A stretch of 64,000 nt of DNA from a candidate division WOR-3 bacterium (lineage in GTDB: Bacteria; Hydrothermota; Tepidihabitantia; Tepidihabitantales; Tepidihabitantaceae), in assembly GCA_965649205.1 (NCBI GenBank), contig CBFGJV010000009.1, forward strand, positions 18,661-82,660, written 5' to 3'. Within the stretch, counting starts at the first letter, position 1. Each line of letters opens with the position of its first letter. Both the position numbers and the translations under genes were made by a program. Positions 1-9,882 of the stretch are shown here, piece after piece. The notes beneath the pieces were generated by a model. That model was not told the origin of the DNA. It made no database searches and saw only the letters and a program-made list of their open reading frames with translations.

Positions 1-33
1 GACCAGCTTACCTTTGTATTCTCTAATCTCCAT
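1..33 (-). CDS. ribH: 5' end of probable 6,7-dimethyl-8-ribityllumazine synthase (runs off the window)
   Basis: ATG at 33 with AAAGGAG SD overlaps the ribBA end. Reads [11 protein letters not shown], like RibH N-termini, and follows ribBA as usual. Only 11 codons are visible. Confidence 0.55.
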   Translation of the reverse strand, partial: MEIREYKGKLV

Positions 34-1393
34 CTTTGACTCCTTTCTCTATGTCTCCCAAAAGATGACCAAGCCTGTCTCTTTTGGTGATAAGGTACTT
101 CAAATTGCGGCGATTCGGCCGACAGATAATAGGTGCCCTCTCCACAATCTCCAATCCGAACCCGCGCAGTCCCACCACCTTGCGAGGATTGTTGGTCAGA
201 AGCCTGATGCTGGACAGCCCCAAGTCCGCCAGTATCTGCGCTCCGATTCCGTAATCGCGCAGGTCCGGAGCAAATCCCAGTGCCACATTCGCCTGCACAG
301 TATCCAGTCCTTTATCCTGCAGCGCGTAGGCACGCAGCTTATTGGTAATGCCAATTCCCCGTCCCTCCTGTCGCATATAGAGCAGAACCCCTCTACCTTC
401 CTTGTTTATCATCTGCATCGCCTTGGCCAACTGCTGCCCGCAATCGCAACGTAGAGAATGCAACACATCACCGGTAAGACACTGCGAATGCACCCGCACC
501 AGCACTCTTTTCTTGCCCCGTACCTCGCCTTTGACCAAAGCCAGGTGCGCGTAAGGTTCCACCGCATCCTCATACACGTGCACCGTGAACTGGCCGAAAC
601 GCGTCGGCAGTGTCGTTTCTACCACCTTTCTGACCATCTTTTCCCGGGCCCGCCTGTAGGCGATAAGGTCTTTTATGGTGACTATCTTCAGCCTGAATTT
701 TCGGGCCAGGCGGGACAATTCTGGCAGCCGAGCCATCTTCCCGTCATCAGCCATAACTTCACACAGCACCGCGACCGGTCTTAGGCCAGCCAACCGGACC
801 AAATCCACGGACGCCTCGGTATGTCCGGCCCTCACCAGCACCCCCCCTTCCTGCGCAACAATGGGAAACACATGCCCGGGCCGTGCCAAATCTTCCGGTC
901 TTGTCTTGGGATTCACCAGCGCCTTTATGGTCAATGCCCGGTCGTGAGCAGAAATACCTGTGGTAGTACCCTTGATTGCATCCACAGACACGGTAAAAGC
1001 TGTTCCGTGCAAAGCCGTATTCGACTGAACCTGAGCAGTAAGCTCCAATGCCGCCGCTCTTTCCGCCGTGAGAGCTACGCAGATTAGCCCACGGCCGTAG
1101 CGAGCCAGAAAATTCACTTTCTCCGCCGTCACCTTCTCTGCAGCCAATATCAAATCGCCTTCATTCTCCCGCTCCTCATCATCCACTACAATTATCATTC
1201 GTCCTCGGCGCAAATCCTCCAGCGCATCCTCGATACGGGCAAAACCGGCCCTAGGCGAAAGTTTCGCAGCAGTTGCAACCGCAACTGGAGTTTTCTTCCT
1301 GCTTTCTTCCTTCTCTCTTCCCTGCCTAACCTTTTGTTCTGTCTCCTGTCGCTCCAAAATCTTGGCTTGTCCTCTTTCCGTTTTCTGGGTCAT
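23..1393 (-). CDS. ribBA: Bifunctional 3,4-dihydroxy-2-butanone-4-phosphate synthase / GTP cyclohydrolase II
   Basis: [46 protein letters not shown] and LLTNNPRK motifs. Start placed at the ATGA overlap with the rfbB stop. Confidence 0.96.
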   Translation of the reverse strand: MTQKTERGQAKILERQETEQKVRQGREKEESRKKTPVAVATAAKLSPRAGFARIEDALEDLRRGRMIIVVDDEERENEGDLILAAEKVTAEKVNFLARYGRGLICVALTAERAAALELTAQVQSNTALHGTAFTVSVDAIKGTTTGISAHDRALTIKALVNPKTRPEDLARPGHVFPIVAQEGGVLVRAGHTEASVDLVRLAGLRPVAVLCEVMADDGKMARLPELSRLARKFRLKIVTIKDLIAYRRAREKMVRKVVETTLPTRFGQFTVHVYEDAVEPYAHLALVKGEVRGKKRVLVRVHSQCLTGDVLHSLRCDCGQQLAKAMQMINKEGRGVLLYMRQEGRGIGITNKLRAYALQDKGLDTVQANVALGFAPDLRDYGIGAQILADLGLSSIRLLTNNPRKVVGLRGFGLEIVERAPIICRPNRRNLKYLITKRDRLGHLLGDIEKGVKDGD

Positions 1394-2424
1394 ACTTTCA
1401 CTTTCAGAGTTTTTTCGTACCAATCTTGATAAAAACGTCTGTACGCCTGCCTTCTTCTAATCTTCTGCCACCAGAGACGATTCTCGCTATACCAGGACAA
1501 CGTCAGCTGCAGCCCCGGCTCAAAAGACGTGGAAGCCTGCCAACCCAGAACATCTTTTGCTTTCCTCGTGTCACACACCAGTCTTTCCACATGGCCAGGC
1601 CGATCCTGAATATGCTTTATGAGGAAATCCTCAGACTTGCCCAGATAGGCCAGTATCGCCCGGGCAATTTCCAGAACACTTTTCTCTTCTCCCGAACCGA
1701 TGTTGAACACCTGCCCCACAACTTTACTTTCCGGTGCCAGCAGTACTAATTCCAGCAGTCGACACAGGTCTGCTACATAAGTCCAGTCACGGGTATTCTT
1801 GCCCGACCCGTAGACGAATAACGGTCGCCCCTCCAGAGCTTGCGTAAAGAAGAAAGGAATCAGCTTCTCCGGATACTGATTAGGCCCATAGGCATTGAAC
1901 GGACGCAGAATAACTACGGGCAGTTCATAGGTACAACAGTAAGCGCGACAAAGCCTGTCAGCACCAGCCTTGGTAGCCGCATAGGGACTCTGCGGTTCCA
2001 GCGGGTGAAACTCGTCCATGGGCACTTTCTTTGCCGATCCGTACACCTCGCAAGTAGAAATGTGAACAAACCGGTCGGAAGGGTTGCGCCTAAACTCGTC
2101 CAGCAGTATGTAGGTTCCCACAAAGTCCGTGTGCACAAATCTGTCCCCGGCGGCTATGGAACGGTCGATGTGAGTCTCAGCCACCAGATTTACCACCGCA
2201 TCACAACCCCGCAGTGCTTTTCTCACCGCCGCCCTGTCACACACATCTGCCCGCACAAACTCAAAGCGCGGATCCTTCCAAAAAGAGGAAGGAAAGTTGT
2301 CCAGGTTACCGGCATAAGTGAGTTTATCCAGAACCCGTACTCTATACTCGGGTCGGCGCAGTAGATACCGCACAAAGTTGGAGCCTATAAAGCCGGCCCC
2401 CCCGGTAACCAAAACGCGCAGCAC
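1390..2424 (-). CDS. rfbB: dTDP-glucose 4,6-dehydratase
   Basis: [45 protein letters not shown] start at 2424 overlaps the rfbC TAG. Confidence 0.92.
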   Translation of the reverse strand: MLRVLVTGGAGFIGSNFVRYLLRRPEYRVRVLDKLTYAGNLDNFPSSFWKDPRFEFVRADVCDRAAVRKALRGCDAVVNLVAETHIDRSIAAGDRFVHTDFVGTYILLDEFRRNPSDRFVHISTCEVYGSAKKVPMDEFHPLEPQSPYAATKAGADRLCRAYCCTYELPVVILRPFNAYGPNQYPEKLIPFFFTQALEGRPLFVYGSGKNTRDWTYVADLCRLLELVLLAPESKVVGQVFNIGSGEEKSVLEIARAILAYLGKSEDFLIKHIQDRPGHVERLVCDTRKAKDVLGWQASTSFEPGLQLTLSWYSENRLWWQKIRRRQAYRRFYQDWYEKTLKVKV

Positions 2425-2879
2425 TATTTCACCTTCAATTTCCAGTCGTAGGGAATAGCCGGGTCGTTCCACGGCCGACGAAACTCATCCGGCTCAGAAT
2501 GATTATATGGCTCAGTCGGACAGTTTATCATATATGCCGACTCCGTACCGATTCCCTTGACTCCGTGGAGAACCAGAGGAGGAATTTTTACCAAAAGCGG
2601 GTTCTGCTCGCCGATAAAGAACTCTTGTATCTTTCCCCGACTGGGGGAGTCAGCCCGGTCATCATATAACACTACTTTGGCCATACCCTTTATTATGCAC
2701 AAGTGGTCTGTTTGCCTTTTGTGAAAATGCCAGCCCTTGACCACACCCGGATATACCGTGGACAGATAAACCTGACCAAATTTCTCGAACAACTCGTCAT
2801 CTGCGCGCAGAATTTCCATCACTGCGCCCCGCTCGTCCGGAATAAACTTCAGCCGTTTTATGCGTACACCTTCAATCAT
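2424..2879 (-). CDS. rfbC: dTDP-4-dehydrorhamnose 3,5-epimerase family (cupin)
   Basis: DERG, PGVVKGWHFH, DxRxxSP and HG motifs; adjacent to rfbB. Confidence 0.88.
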   Translation of the reverse strand: MIEGVRIKRLKFIPDERGAVMEILRADDELFEKFGQVYLSTVYPGVVKGWHFHKRQTDHLCIIKGMAKVVLYDDRADSPSRGKIQEFFIGEQNPLLVKIPPLVLHGVKGIGTESAYMINCPTEPYNHSEPDEFRRPWNDPAIPYDWKLKVK

Positions 2880-2886
2880 GGCCCTT

Positions 2887-2915
2887 AGAGTAACTCAGAG
2901 CTCGCCTTTGGTCAA
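2887..2915 (-). promoter_or_regulatory. Sigma70-type promoter of rfbC (TTGACC-17-TACTCT), apparently leaderless
   Basis: -10 ends 7 nt before the ATG; no SD present. Confidence 0.6.
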
Positions 2916-2993
2916 CCTCGGCTCTGACCCTCGCCTTGCGGACATACGAACTACTCGGTTTCCCGCAAGTTTTGTCTTCGCCAACTACCTGGC

Positions 2994-3021
2994 TTGACAA
3001 GCAACAAAGAATGTGTATTAC
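2994..3021 (+). promoter_or_regulatory. Sigma70-type promoter of the ferredoxin gene
   Basis: TTGACA at 2994-2999, then TATTAC after a 16-nt spacer; the -10 is imperfect. Confidence 0.5.
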
Positions 3022-3082
3022 AAATGCGGTGTAGTAGAAGTAGATAAAAAATCAGGAACAAGAATAAAGAACTGGAGGTAAC

Positions 3083-3271
3083 GTGAAAGTAAGCATAGAC
3101 CCGGAATCGTGCACGGGCTGCGAAATGTGCGTAAGCACTTGCCCGGATTTGTTCGAGATGGGCGACGAAACCGCTAAAGTCAAAGTAGAAATAGTCCCTG
3201 AGGGCGCCGAAGACTGTGCCCGTCAGGCCGCGGAGGATTGCCCGGTCTCTGCTATCAAAATAGAAGACTAA
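3083..3271 (+). CDS. Single-cluster [4Fe-4S] ferredoxin
   Basis: CTGCEMC...CP and C-terminal CPVSAI; GGAGGT SD before GTG. Confidence 0.92.
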   Translation: MKVSIDPESCTGCEMCVSTCPDLFEMGDETAKVKVEIVPEGAEDCARQAAEDCPVSAIKIED

Positions 3272-4593
3272 CCCGGTTTCACGGGCTGATTGTCAAGCGT
3301 CACCTCTCTAGGTGACGCTTTGCTCTGCAGCCGCTTGCGCAGCCGGCCCAGCTCCGACGCAAAACCCTTTACGACCAGTCTCCGGCGACCGTGTCTGAAT
3401 TCGTCTTCCACTATCTGTCCAGCGCTGCGGACTAGCCCGATAAGGTCCCAGCGATAGTCCGGAACCATAAATACACGCGTCACCATCTGCCCTTCCACTG
3501 CCCGCAGAAGTTCGGCCTTCAATTCTGCCACCCCTTCGCCGGTAACCCCGGATACAAACTGAGCCTGACTGTAACTGCGCCGGAGCCGCTCCAGTATCGA
3601 CTCATCAAACACGCGGTCAATCTTTGAGAACACCATCAAAACTGGTTTATCCTTGGCCCCAACCTCTGCCAACGTCTGATTCACCGCATCTATGTGCCAG
3701 TCCATATGTTCCTGTGTTGCGTCTACTACATGCAACAGCAGGTCGGCATCTGCCACCTCAGCTAAAGTGGCCCGGAAGCTGGCTACAAGCTGGTGCGGCA
3801 AACCCCGGATAAAGCCGACCGTGTCTGTAAGAAGGAGTTTCGCATAGGGACTCAATTGCAACAATTTGGTATTTGCATCCAGAGTGGCAAATAGTCGATC
3901 TGAAATCAGCACGTCCGCCTGCGTCAGGCGATTGAACAACGTTGACTTGCCCGCATTGGTATATCCCACAAGAACTGCCTGAAACTCTTCCTGCCGCCGC
4001 CGCCGCCTACGTTGTACAGCCCTTTCCCTGTCCACTTTTTCCAGTTCCCGCCGCAGGGACGCTATTCGCTGTCTGATCCTTCTCCGGTCTACCTCCAGCT
4101 TAGTCTCTCCCGGTCCCCGCGCTCCTATACCCCCTTTGATACCGCCCAGTCGAGACATTTCACTCCCGAATCCGGTCAGTCGGCTCTGCTGGTATTCGAG
4201 CTGAGCCAGCTCCACCTGTATTTTTGCCTCAGCTGTACGAGCATGAATGGCAAATATGTCCAGTATCAGAGCAGTGCGATCAATCACCCTCACCCCTACG
4301 CTTGCTTCCAAGTTCCTTTGCTGCGTGGAAGTGAGTTCAGCATCAAAAATCAGAAGGTCTATCGCGTGCTGGCTGCATAGCCGGGCAAGCTGTTCCACCA
4401 TTCCCTTACCTACCAGAGTAGCCGGGTCAAGCCTGGACCTGACCTGAACCAACTTTTCCACCACAACCCCGCCCGCCGTTTTGGTCAAAGCCGCCAATTC
4501 CTCCAGAGAATCAGCCTTGGTCCAGCGTTCGCGGCTGGACAAGGCCACACTTACCAGCAGAACCCTCGTAGCGGCAGAAGCATTTTCAATCAT
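3268..4593 (-). CDS. hflX: Ribosome-splitting GTPase HflX
   Basis: GPGETKLE, GYTNAGKS, LFATLD, DTVGFI, SKID motifs. Confidence 0.96.
   Translation of the reverse strand: MIENASAATRVLLVSVALSSRERWTKADSLEELAALTKTAGGVVVEKLVQVRSRLDPATLVGKGMVEQLARLCSQHAIDLLIFDAELTSTQQRNLEASVGVRVIDRTALILDIFAIHARTAEAKIQVELAQLEYQQSRLTGFGSEMSRLGGIKGGIGARGPGETKLEVDRRRIRQRIASLRRELEKVDRERAVQRRRRRRQEEFQAVLVGYTNAGKSTLFNRLTQADVLISDRLFATLDANTKLLQLSPYAKLLLTDTVGFIRGLPHQLVASFRATLAEVADADLLLHVVDATQEHMDWHIDAVNQTLAEVGAKDKPVLMVFSKIDRVFDESILERLRRSYSQAQFVSGVTGEGVAELKAELLRAVEGQMVTRVFMVPDYRWDLIGLVRSAGQIVEDEFRHGRRRLVVKGFASELGRLRKRLQSKASPREVTLDNQPVKPG
3295..3321. terminator. Hairpin (probable intrinsic terminator for ferredoxin) inside the hflX 3' end
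   Basis: AAGCGTCACCT/AGGTGACGCTT perfect 11-bp stem just after the ferredoxin stop. Confidence 0.55.
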
Positions 4594-4594
4594 A

Positions 4595-5182
4595 CTACCG
4601 ACCAGGGTCGTACCGCTGCGACAGAACGTAAAAAACTCGCTGTAGAAAAGTAGAAAGACTTCCTACCGCAATCACGGCCAGACCAGCTACAGCCCAGGTA
4701 CGACCAAGCACGAAAAGTGAAAAGAGGAGAGTCAGCACACGGACCGGCCGCTCAAACCAGCCGATGCGACACTCAAAACCGGCTCCTTCTGCCCGTGCTC
4801 TTACATAGCTAACCAGAAGAGAAAAAACCAGCGCCAGCACCGCCAGGAAAGCATAAAACGTACTCACCCGCGCGTAGTACCAAGCTAGGCCGCAGAACAC
4901 TGCCGCTTCCCCTAATCGATCTACAACCGAGTCCAAGAAAGCTCCTGTTCTGGTTGTACCAGTAGCCCGCGCCATTTCTCCGTCCAACGTATCACACAAC
5001 CCTACCAGCGCAACCAGCACCCCACCCCAGATGAACCGTCCATAAGCTAACAAAACGCCCGCCCCCAGACTCAAAGGGATAGCGACAAGGGTCACCAAGT
5101 TAGGCGGTACTCGGATGGAAACTAACAGATTTACCACAGGCCGCAGTAATTTGCGACCTCGACGCTTAGTCTCTTCTCTCAT
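4595..5182 (-). CDS. CDP-alcohol phosphatidyltransferase (PgsA/PIP-synthase-like)
   Basis: PNLVT, DxLDGxxAR...GAFLDSVVDR, VSYVRARAE; hydrophobic. Confidence 0.88.
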   Translation of the reverse strand: MREETKRRGRKLLRPVVNLLVSIRVPPNLVTLVAIPLSLGAGVLLAYGRFIWGGVLVALVGLCDTLDGEMARATGTTRTGAFLDSVVDRLGEAAVFCGLAWYYARVSTFYAFLAVLALVFSLLVSYVRARAEGAGFECRIGWFERPVRVLTLLFSLFVLGRTWAVAGLAVIAVGSLSTFLQRVFYVLSQRYDPGR

Positions 5183-5976
5183 TGGTCAATTCCCTGCTGC
5201 ACGTTTTCCTTGGCTGCAGTTTCATCTTCTTCCCGACCCGAGACTACAATCACGGTTTCACCTTTGAGTTTTCTGGCTTCCAATCGGCCCAACACCTCAC
5301 CCAAACTTCCCCGCATTACTTCTTCGAACTTCTTAGTAAGTTCCCGCGCAACCACGACCTTGCGTTCTCCCCACAATTCCAGCATCTCCGCCAATAATCT
5401 CTGTACTCGGTGGGCGGACTCGTAGAACACCATCGTACGCTCTTCTGCGGCCAGAGCCGCCAAACGTTTTCTCCGCCTTCCTTCTCGTTTGGGCAGAAAA
5501 CCCTCAAAAGCAAAACGATTGGCGGGCAACCCGGAAATCACCAAGGCGGCCAGTAATGCTGAAGCACCCGGTATGGGTATAACTCTGTATCCTTCTTCTA
5601 TTGCCGCCCGAATAAGATAGAACCCAGGATCAGATATGCCTGGAGTCCCTGCATCCGTCACCAATGCCACTCTCCGCCCTTCCCGCAGCATAGCCAGTAT
5701 CTCCGGTGTGCGACGCAACTTGTTGTATTCATGGTAAGAGATGAGCTTCGCCCGCAACCCCAATCTGACAAGCAACAGACCCGTACGTCGCGTATCTTCG
5801 CAGGCGACAATGTCTGCCCGACTTAAGACCTCACGAGCCCGCAAAGTGATATCGCCCAGATTTCCGATGGGAGTTGAGACCACATAAAGGCCCGGTTCCA
5901 AGGAACCTTCCGCTTCGTAGGAAACCTCGGCGTCCGCCTGCTGCTTCGCCTGCCCGACCGACTGGTTATGGTTCAC
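5179..5976 (-). CDS. rsmI: 16S rRNA (cytidine1402-2'-O)-methyltransferase
   Basis: LYVVSTPIGNLGDIT, ACEDTR, DAGTPGISDPG, RELTKKFEE. GTG start at the GTGA overlap with the upstream stop. Confidence 0.94.
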   Translation of the reverse strand: MNHNQSVGQAKQQADAEVSYEAEGSLEPGLYVVSTPIGNLGDITLRAREVLSRADIVACEDTRRTGLLLVRLGLRAKLISYHEYNKLRRTPEILAMLREGRRVALVTDAGTPGISDPGFYLIRAAIEEGYRVIPIPGASALLAALVISGLPANRFAFEGFLPKREGRRRKRLAALAAEERTMVFYESAHRVQRLLAEMLELWGERKVVVARELTKKFEEVMRGSLGEVLGRLEARKLKGETVIVVSGREEDETAAKENVQQGIDQ

Positions 5977-6446
5977 AAGTCGTAGAACTCCACTCTGCCC
6001 GTCTCCACATCCAAAGTGGCGACAGTGGCGCGCCCAGACAACCAACCGCAAGCCTCGCCCGGATTTACCACCACCGGCGGTCCGGGAGCAAAGTAGGGTT
6101 TGTGCGTGTGTCCGTGCAGGTAGAAATCGCAATCTGGGGCCGGCGAGACCGGCTGATGGCTGATACATAACCGCTTGCCCTTGCACGGGAAACAGTCCAA
6201 ACCCGAAGCAAGCCTAAAACCGAACTCCTGCGCCCGCTTATGCAGGGCCGCCGGGTCGCCATCGCAGTTGCCCAAGACACCGTGTAGCCGACTTTTCAAC
6301 TTGCTCAGCTCCACCAGTACGAACTGCGCCACAAAATCACCGCAGTGCACCACCAGCTCCGCGTCCAACCGGTTGAACAGATCCACCGCAGCTCTTACCT
6401 TGTCCAGATTGTCGTGCGTATCGGAGATGATACCAATCAGACTCAT
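5973..6446 (-). CDS. YfcE-family metallophosphoesterase
   Basis: SDTH, HCGD, GNCD, GHTH, NPGE motifs. Confidence 0.9.
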   Translation of the reverse strand: MSLIGIISDTHDNLDKVRAAVDLFNRLDAELVVHCGDFVAQFVLVELSKLKSRLHGVLGNCDGDPAALHKRAQEFGFRLASGLDCFPCKGKRLCISHQPVSPAPDCDFYLHGHTHKPYFAPGPPVVVNPGEACGWLSGRATVATLDVETGRVEFYDL

Positions 6447-8218
6447 CTTATCAAATCACGGAGAGCCTCAAATTTGCGCAGCCGTGTCGGGTGGCGGAGC
6501 TTCTTCAAGGCCTTGGCCTCAATCTGTCGTACTCGCTCGCGCGTAATATTGAATATCTGCCCTACCTCTTCCAGAGTGCGCGGACAACCATCGCCCAGTC
6601 CAAAACGCAGCCGCAATACCTTCTCCTCTCGCTTGTTCAGCTTTTTTAGTTCACTTTCCAGCTTCTCTGCCAGCAGAGAAACGCCGGCCGCGTGCGAGGG
6701 CGAAGCGGTTTTCTCGTCGCAAATGAAATCGCCAATGAATGACGACTCATCATCGTCCACCGGCTTATCCAGAGACACCCCGAACTGAGATATGCGCGCC
6801 AATGCCTCTATCTTGTCTTTTGGAGTTGACAGCCGCTGGGCGATTTCTGCCACTGTCGGCTCTCGACCGTGTTCCTGCACAAACTTGCGCTGAATCTTTC
6901 CTACCTTATTGATGGCGTCGATGATATGCGCCGGTACCCGCACCGTACGGGACTGATCCGCTATAGCTCGAGTGATAGCCTGTTTTATCCACCAGGTAGC
7001 GTAGGTAGAAAACTTGAAGCCTTTCCGGTAGTTGAATTTCTCTACTGCCTTTATCAATCCTACGTTGCCTTCCTCCAACAGGTCGGCAAACTCCAGACCG
7101 CGATTCACATAGCGCTTAGCGATGGAAATCACCAGCCGCACATTACCTTCTATCATCTTATCGCGTGCAGAGATAATACGTTGCTCGCAACGCGCCATCT
7201 CTTCCAGGTTGCGCCGAATCTCGGAGATGTTGCCCCCGAGAAACTTCAGCTCTTTCTTCAACTGCTCGCGCACCTCTGCCATCTCTTCCGCTGTCTCCCG
7301 ACCCTCTTTGCGCGCCCGTTGTATCTGCTCATGGTAATCCAGCGCCCGCTTTGCCGCCTCCTTGTACTGGTTGATGAAAACGTTGATCAGCTGATGCTGT
7401 AAAGCCAGCTTCTTAATCAGATTCACTATCGTTTGTCTGCTCTCTTCAATTCGTTTGCGGACACGGGGACCGGGCCGAGGATAGGTGGCTTCTGCCTGTT
7501 CGATCTTCTCTGTTTCCCGTTTAATCCTGCGGACGTAGTTGATGAAACGCTGCCGGTCGCGAGACAACGCCTTCTGGTCAAATAAACACTCGAACTCCAC
7601 CCGTGCCACCTGATCCAGCGAACGGGTACCTTCCTCAACCGCGGCACATTCTGCCACCAGCTGACGCACGATGGCTATCGGCCGAAACAGAAACTCAATG
7701 ATGTTCTCATATCCTTCTTCCATTTCCCGGGAGTAGTATATCTCTTCCTCTCGCGTCAACAGTGGCAACTTGGCCAGCTCTCGGAAATAGGACTTGGTCG
7801 GGTCTTCCGTTCGCTGTACCACCGGTCTGGGTCCCCGGCGCACCACCGGTGCTTCGTCTTCGCGAGTATCTGTCACCCGGATGCCATCCCGAGCCAGATC
7901 AGCAACAAGATTGTCCAGAAGCTGAGAGGAAGAAAGCACGTCGTCCGGTAACAACTCATCCAATTCCTGATATGTTATACGTTTGTCGCTGGCCGCCCGG
8001 TCATAAACCGACTTCAACCACCCCTCTTTTTTGTCACCCGCTGCCAGCTCTTCCGTCTGGCCGACATTCGGAGTCTGCTCTTCCTCCGCTTCGATGTCTA
8101 TATCCAGACGTTCTGTTTCGTCTGTTGTCTGCCTTCTCCCAGAACCGCGCGGCCGGCCCGGTTTTCTCCCGCTCCGTCGCGTTCTGGAAGTCTTCGCGTT
8201 ACTTACCTTCTTGCTCAT
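6443..8218 (-). CDS. rpoD: Primary sigma factor RpoD
   Basis: [42 protein letters not shown]...TRERVRQIE; has region 1.1 and a large non-conserved region. Confidence 0.97.
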   Translation of the reverse strand: MSKKVSNAKTSRTRRSGRKPGRPRGSGRRQTTDETERLDIDIEAEEEQTPNVGQTEELAAGDKKEGWLKSVYDRAASDKRITYQELDELLPDDVLSSSQLLDNLVADLARDGIRVTDTREDEAPVVRRGPRPVVQRTEDPTKSYFRELAKLPLLTREEEIYYSREMEEGYENIIEFLFRPIAIVRQLVAECAAVEEGTRSLDQVARVEFECLFDQKALSRDRQRFINYVRRIKRETEKIEQAEATYPRPGPRVRKRIEESRQTIVNLIKKLALQHQLINVFINQYKEAAKRALDYHEQIQRARKEGRETAEEMAEVREQLKKELKFLGGNISEIRRNLEEMARCEQRIISARDKMIEGNVRLVISIAKRYVNRGLEFADLLEEGNVGLIKAVEKFNYRKGFKFSTYATWWIKQAITRAIADQSRTVRVPAHIIDAINKVGKIQRKFVQEHGREPTVAEIAQRLSTPKDKIEALARISQFGVSLDKPVDDDESSFIGDFICDEKTASPSHAAGVSLLAEKLESELKKLNKREEKVLRLRFGLGDGCPRTLEEVGQIFNITRERVRQIEAKALKKLRHPTRLRKFEALRDLIR

Positions 8219-9882
8219 TTATTAACACTCCTTTCCAGTACCACTCCCTTGAGAAGTTCAGCAACTTCCCTAGTGAGCAACTCAGCTTCCTTCTGATTGC
8301 CTGCCTCGTAAGCTGCCGCAGCCCGACGACGCAACCAGGCCGCGCGCAAACGTCGCACTCGCCGCTCAAAATCTGTCGGTTCCGGCAAAGACTGTTCCAG
8401 GAAGGTCCAAGCCGACACCCTTTTTCTTGTATCCTCATCACTGATGCGGTCTAGCAACATAGCCGGTCCGAAACCGGCTTCCTCGCACAGCTCCGAAACC
8501 AGATTGGCTACAGACTGCAACTGTTTGTCCTGGAGTGCCTCTGCCAGGCATAAATCGCGCACGATCCTGGCCAGTTCGCCACTCTGCACCGCTGCTGCCA
8601 TAATCTTCTCGTCTACTGCCACAGAGGATACGACAGGCTGCTGCCTTGTCGGTCTTTCCGCTATCTCGGCCAGCACCGTACGCTTATCAACCTCAAAGGT
8701 ATCTGCCAACTTCTGGGCATACATTTCGCGAGTCACCTGATCAGGAATTAGACGCAGTAAACCTGTCAACTCCCGCAATGCCGCTCGCCTCTCGCCTACC
8801 CTGTTCATCGGCCGACCGCAGAGCACAAAGTCCACAAAATCTGTCGCCTGACCGACCAGCTGCAGAAATGAATCCGGCCCGTGCGTACGAACATACTGGT
8901 CGGGGTCCATTCCCTGGGGCAAAAGAACTATCTGGGGTTCCATCCCGCAACGCAGAAGCACCTCCAGCGCCTTTCGTGCCGCTGCCCGACCGGCGGCATC
9001 TCCATCAAAGCACAACACCAGCCTGCGGTTATAACGCGCCAGCAGCAATGCCTGGTTTTGCGTCAAAGCGGTGCCCAGCGGTGCCACAACGTTCTTAATC
9101 CCGGCGTCCACCAGAGAAAGTAGGTCAAAATTCCCTTCCACCAGTAGGGGCGGCCCGGCTCGCAGATAGCCTTTTGCCTGGAATGCGCCATACAGATTAT
9201 AGCCTTTCCGGAAAATCTCCGTGTCTGGCGAGTTCAGGTATTTCGGCTCCTGCTCATCCAACACCCGCCCGCCGAATCCAACAATCCGGCCGGAAAGCGA
9301 GAAAATGGGAAACATCAGACGGTCGTGAAAGTAATCTGTAAGTCCCTGCTCTCTCTGCACCAATAACCCTGTCCGCACCAGCGCAGTCTCAGACCACGAA
9401 TTCCGTCGTGCTTCTGCCCGCAGCTGGCCGCCAGCCGGAGCATATCCCAGCCGGAACTGCCTAACCGTCTCTGGTTTCAATCCCCGTTTCTGCAAATACG
9501 ACTGCGCCTGTTCTGACTTCGCCAGCTGGCGCTCGTAAAAGGAAGCCGCCTGTTCACATGCTTCGTAAAGCTCCCGATGAACACCCGTCTTTTTCTCCTC
9601 CACCTCTATGCCCAGACGGTTAGCCAAAAACTTCACCGCTTCCGGGAAAGCAAGCTTCTCTTGGGCCATAACAAAACTGATAGCATTACCGCCCGTACCA
9701 CAACCGAAGCAATGGTAGGTCTGCCGGTCAGGACTGACATAGAAGGAAGGACTTCGGTCCGGATGAAAGGGACACAACCCACGATAGTTACGCCCCACCT
9801 TCTTCAGTGGTAAGTAACTTCCGATAAGCTCCACAATATCCGTACTGGCTCGCACCTTTTCTACCGTCTCCGGGCTGATCAT
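8215..9882 (-). CDS. dnaG: DNA primase
   Basis: CPFH...CFGC zinc finger, KYLNSP, Toprim VEG and FDGD. Confidence 0.97.
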   Translation of the reverse strand: MISPETVEKVRASTDIVELIGSYLPLKKVGRNYRGLCPFHPDRSPSFYVSPDRQTYHCFGCGTGGNAISFVMAQEKLAFPEAVKFLANRLGIEVEEKKTGVHRELYEACEQAASFYERQLAKSEQAQSYLQKRGLKPETVRQFRLGYAPAGGQLRAEARRNSWSETALVRTGLLVQREQGLTDYFHDRLMFPIFSLSGRIVGFGGRVLDEQEPKYLNSPDTEIFRKGYNLYGAFQAKGYLRAGPPLLVEGNFDLLSLVDAGIKNVVAPLGTALTQNQALLLARYNRRLVLCFDGDAAGRAAARKALEVLLRCGMEPQIVLLPQGMDPDQYVRTHGPDSFLQLVGQATDFVDFVLCGRPMNRVGERRAALRELTGLLRLIPDQVTREMYAQKLADTFEVDKRTVLAEIAERPTRQQPVVSSVAVDEKIMAAAVQSGELARIVRDLCLAEALQDKQLQSVANLVSELCEEAGFGPAMLLDRISDEDTRKRVSAWTFLEQSLPEPTDFERRVRRLRAAWLRRRAAAAYEAGNQKEAELLTREVAELLKGVVLERSVNK

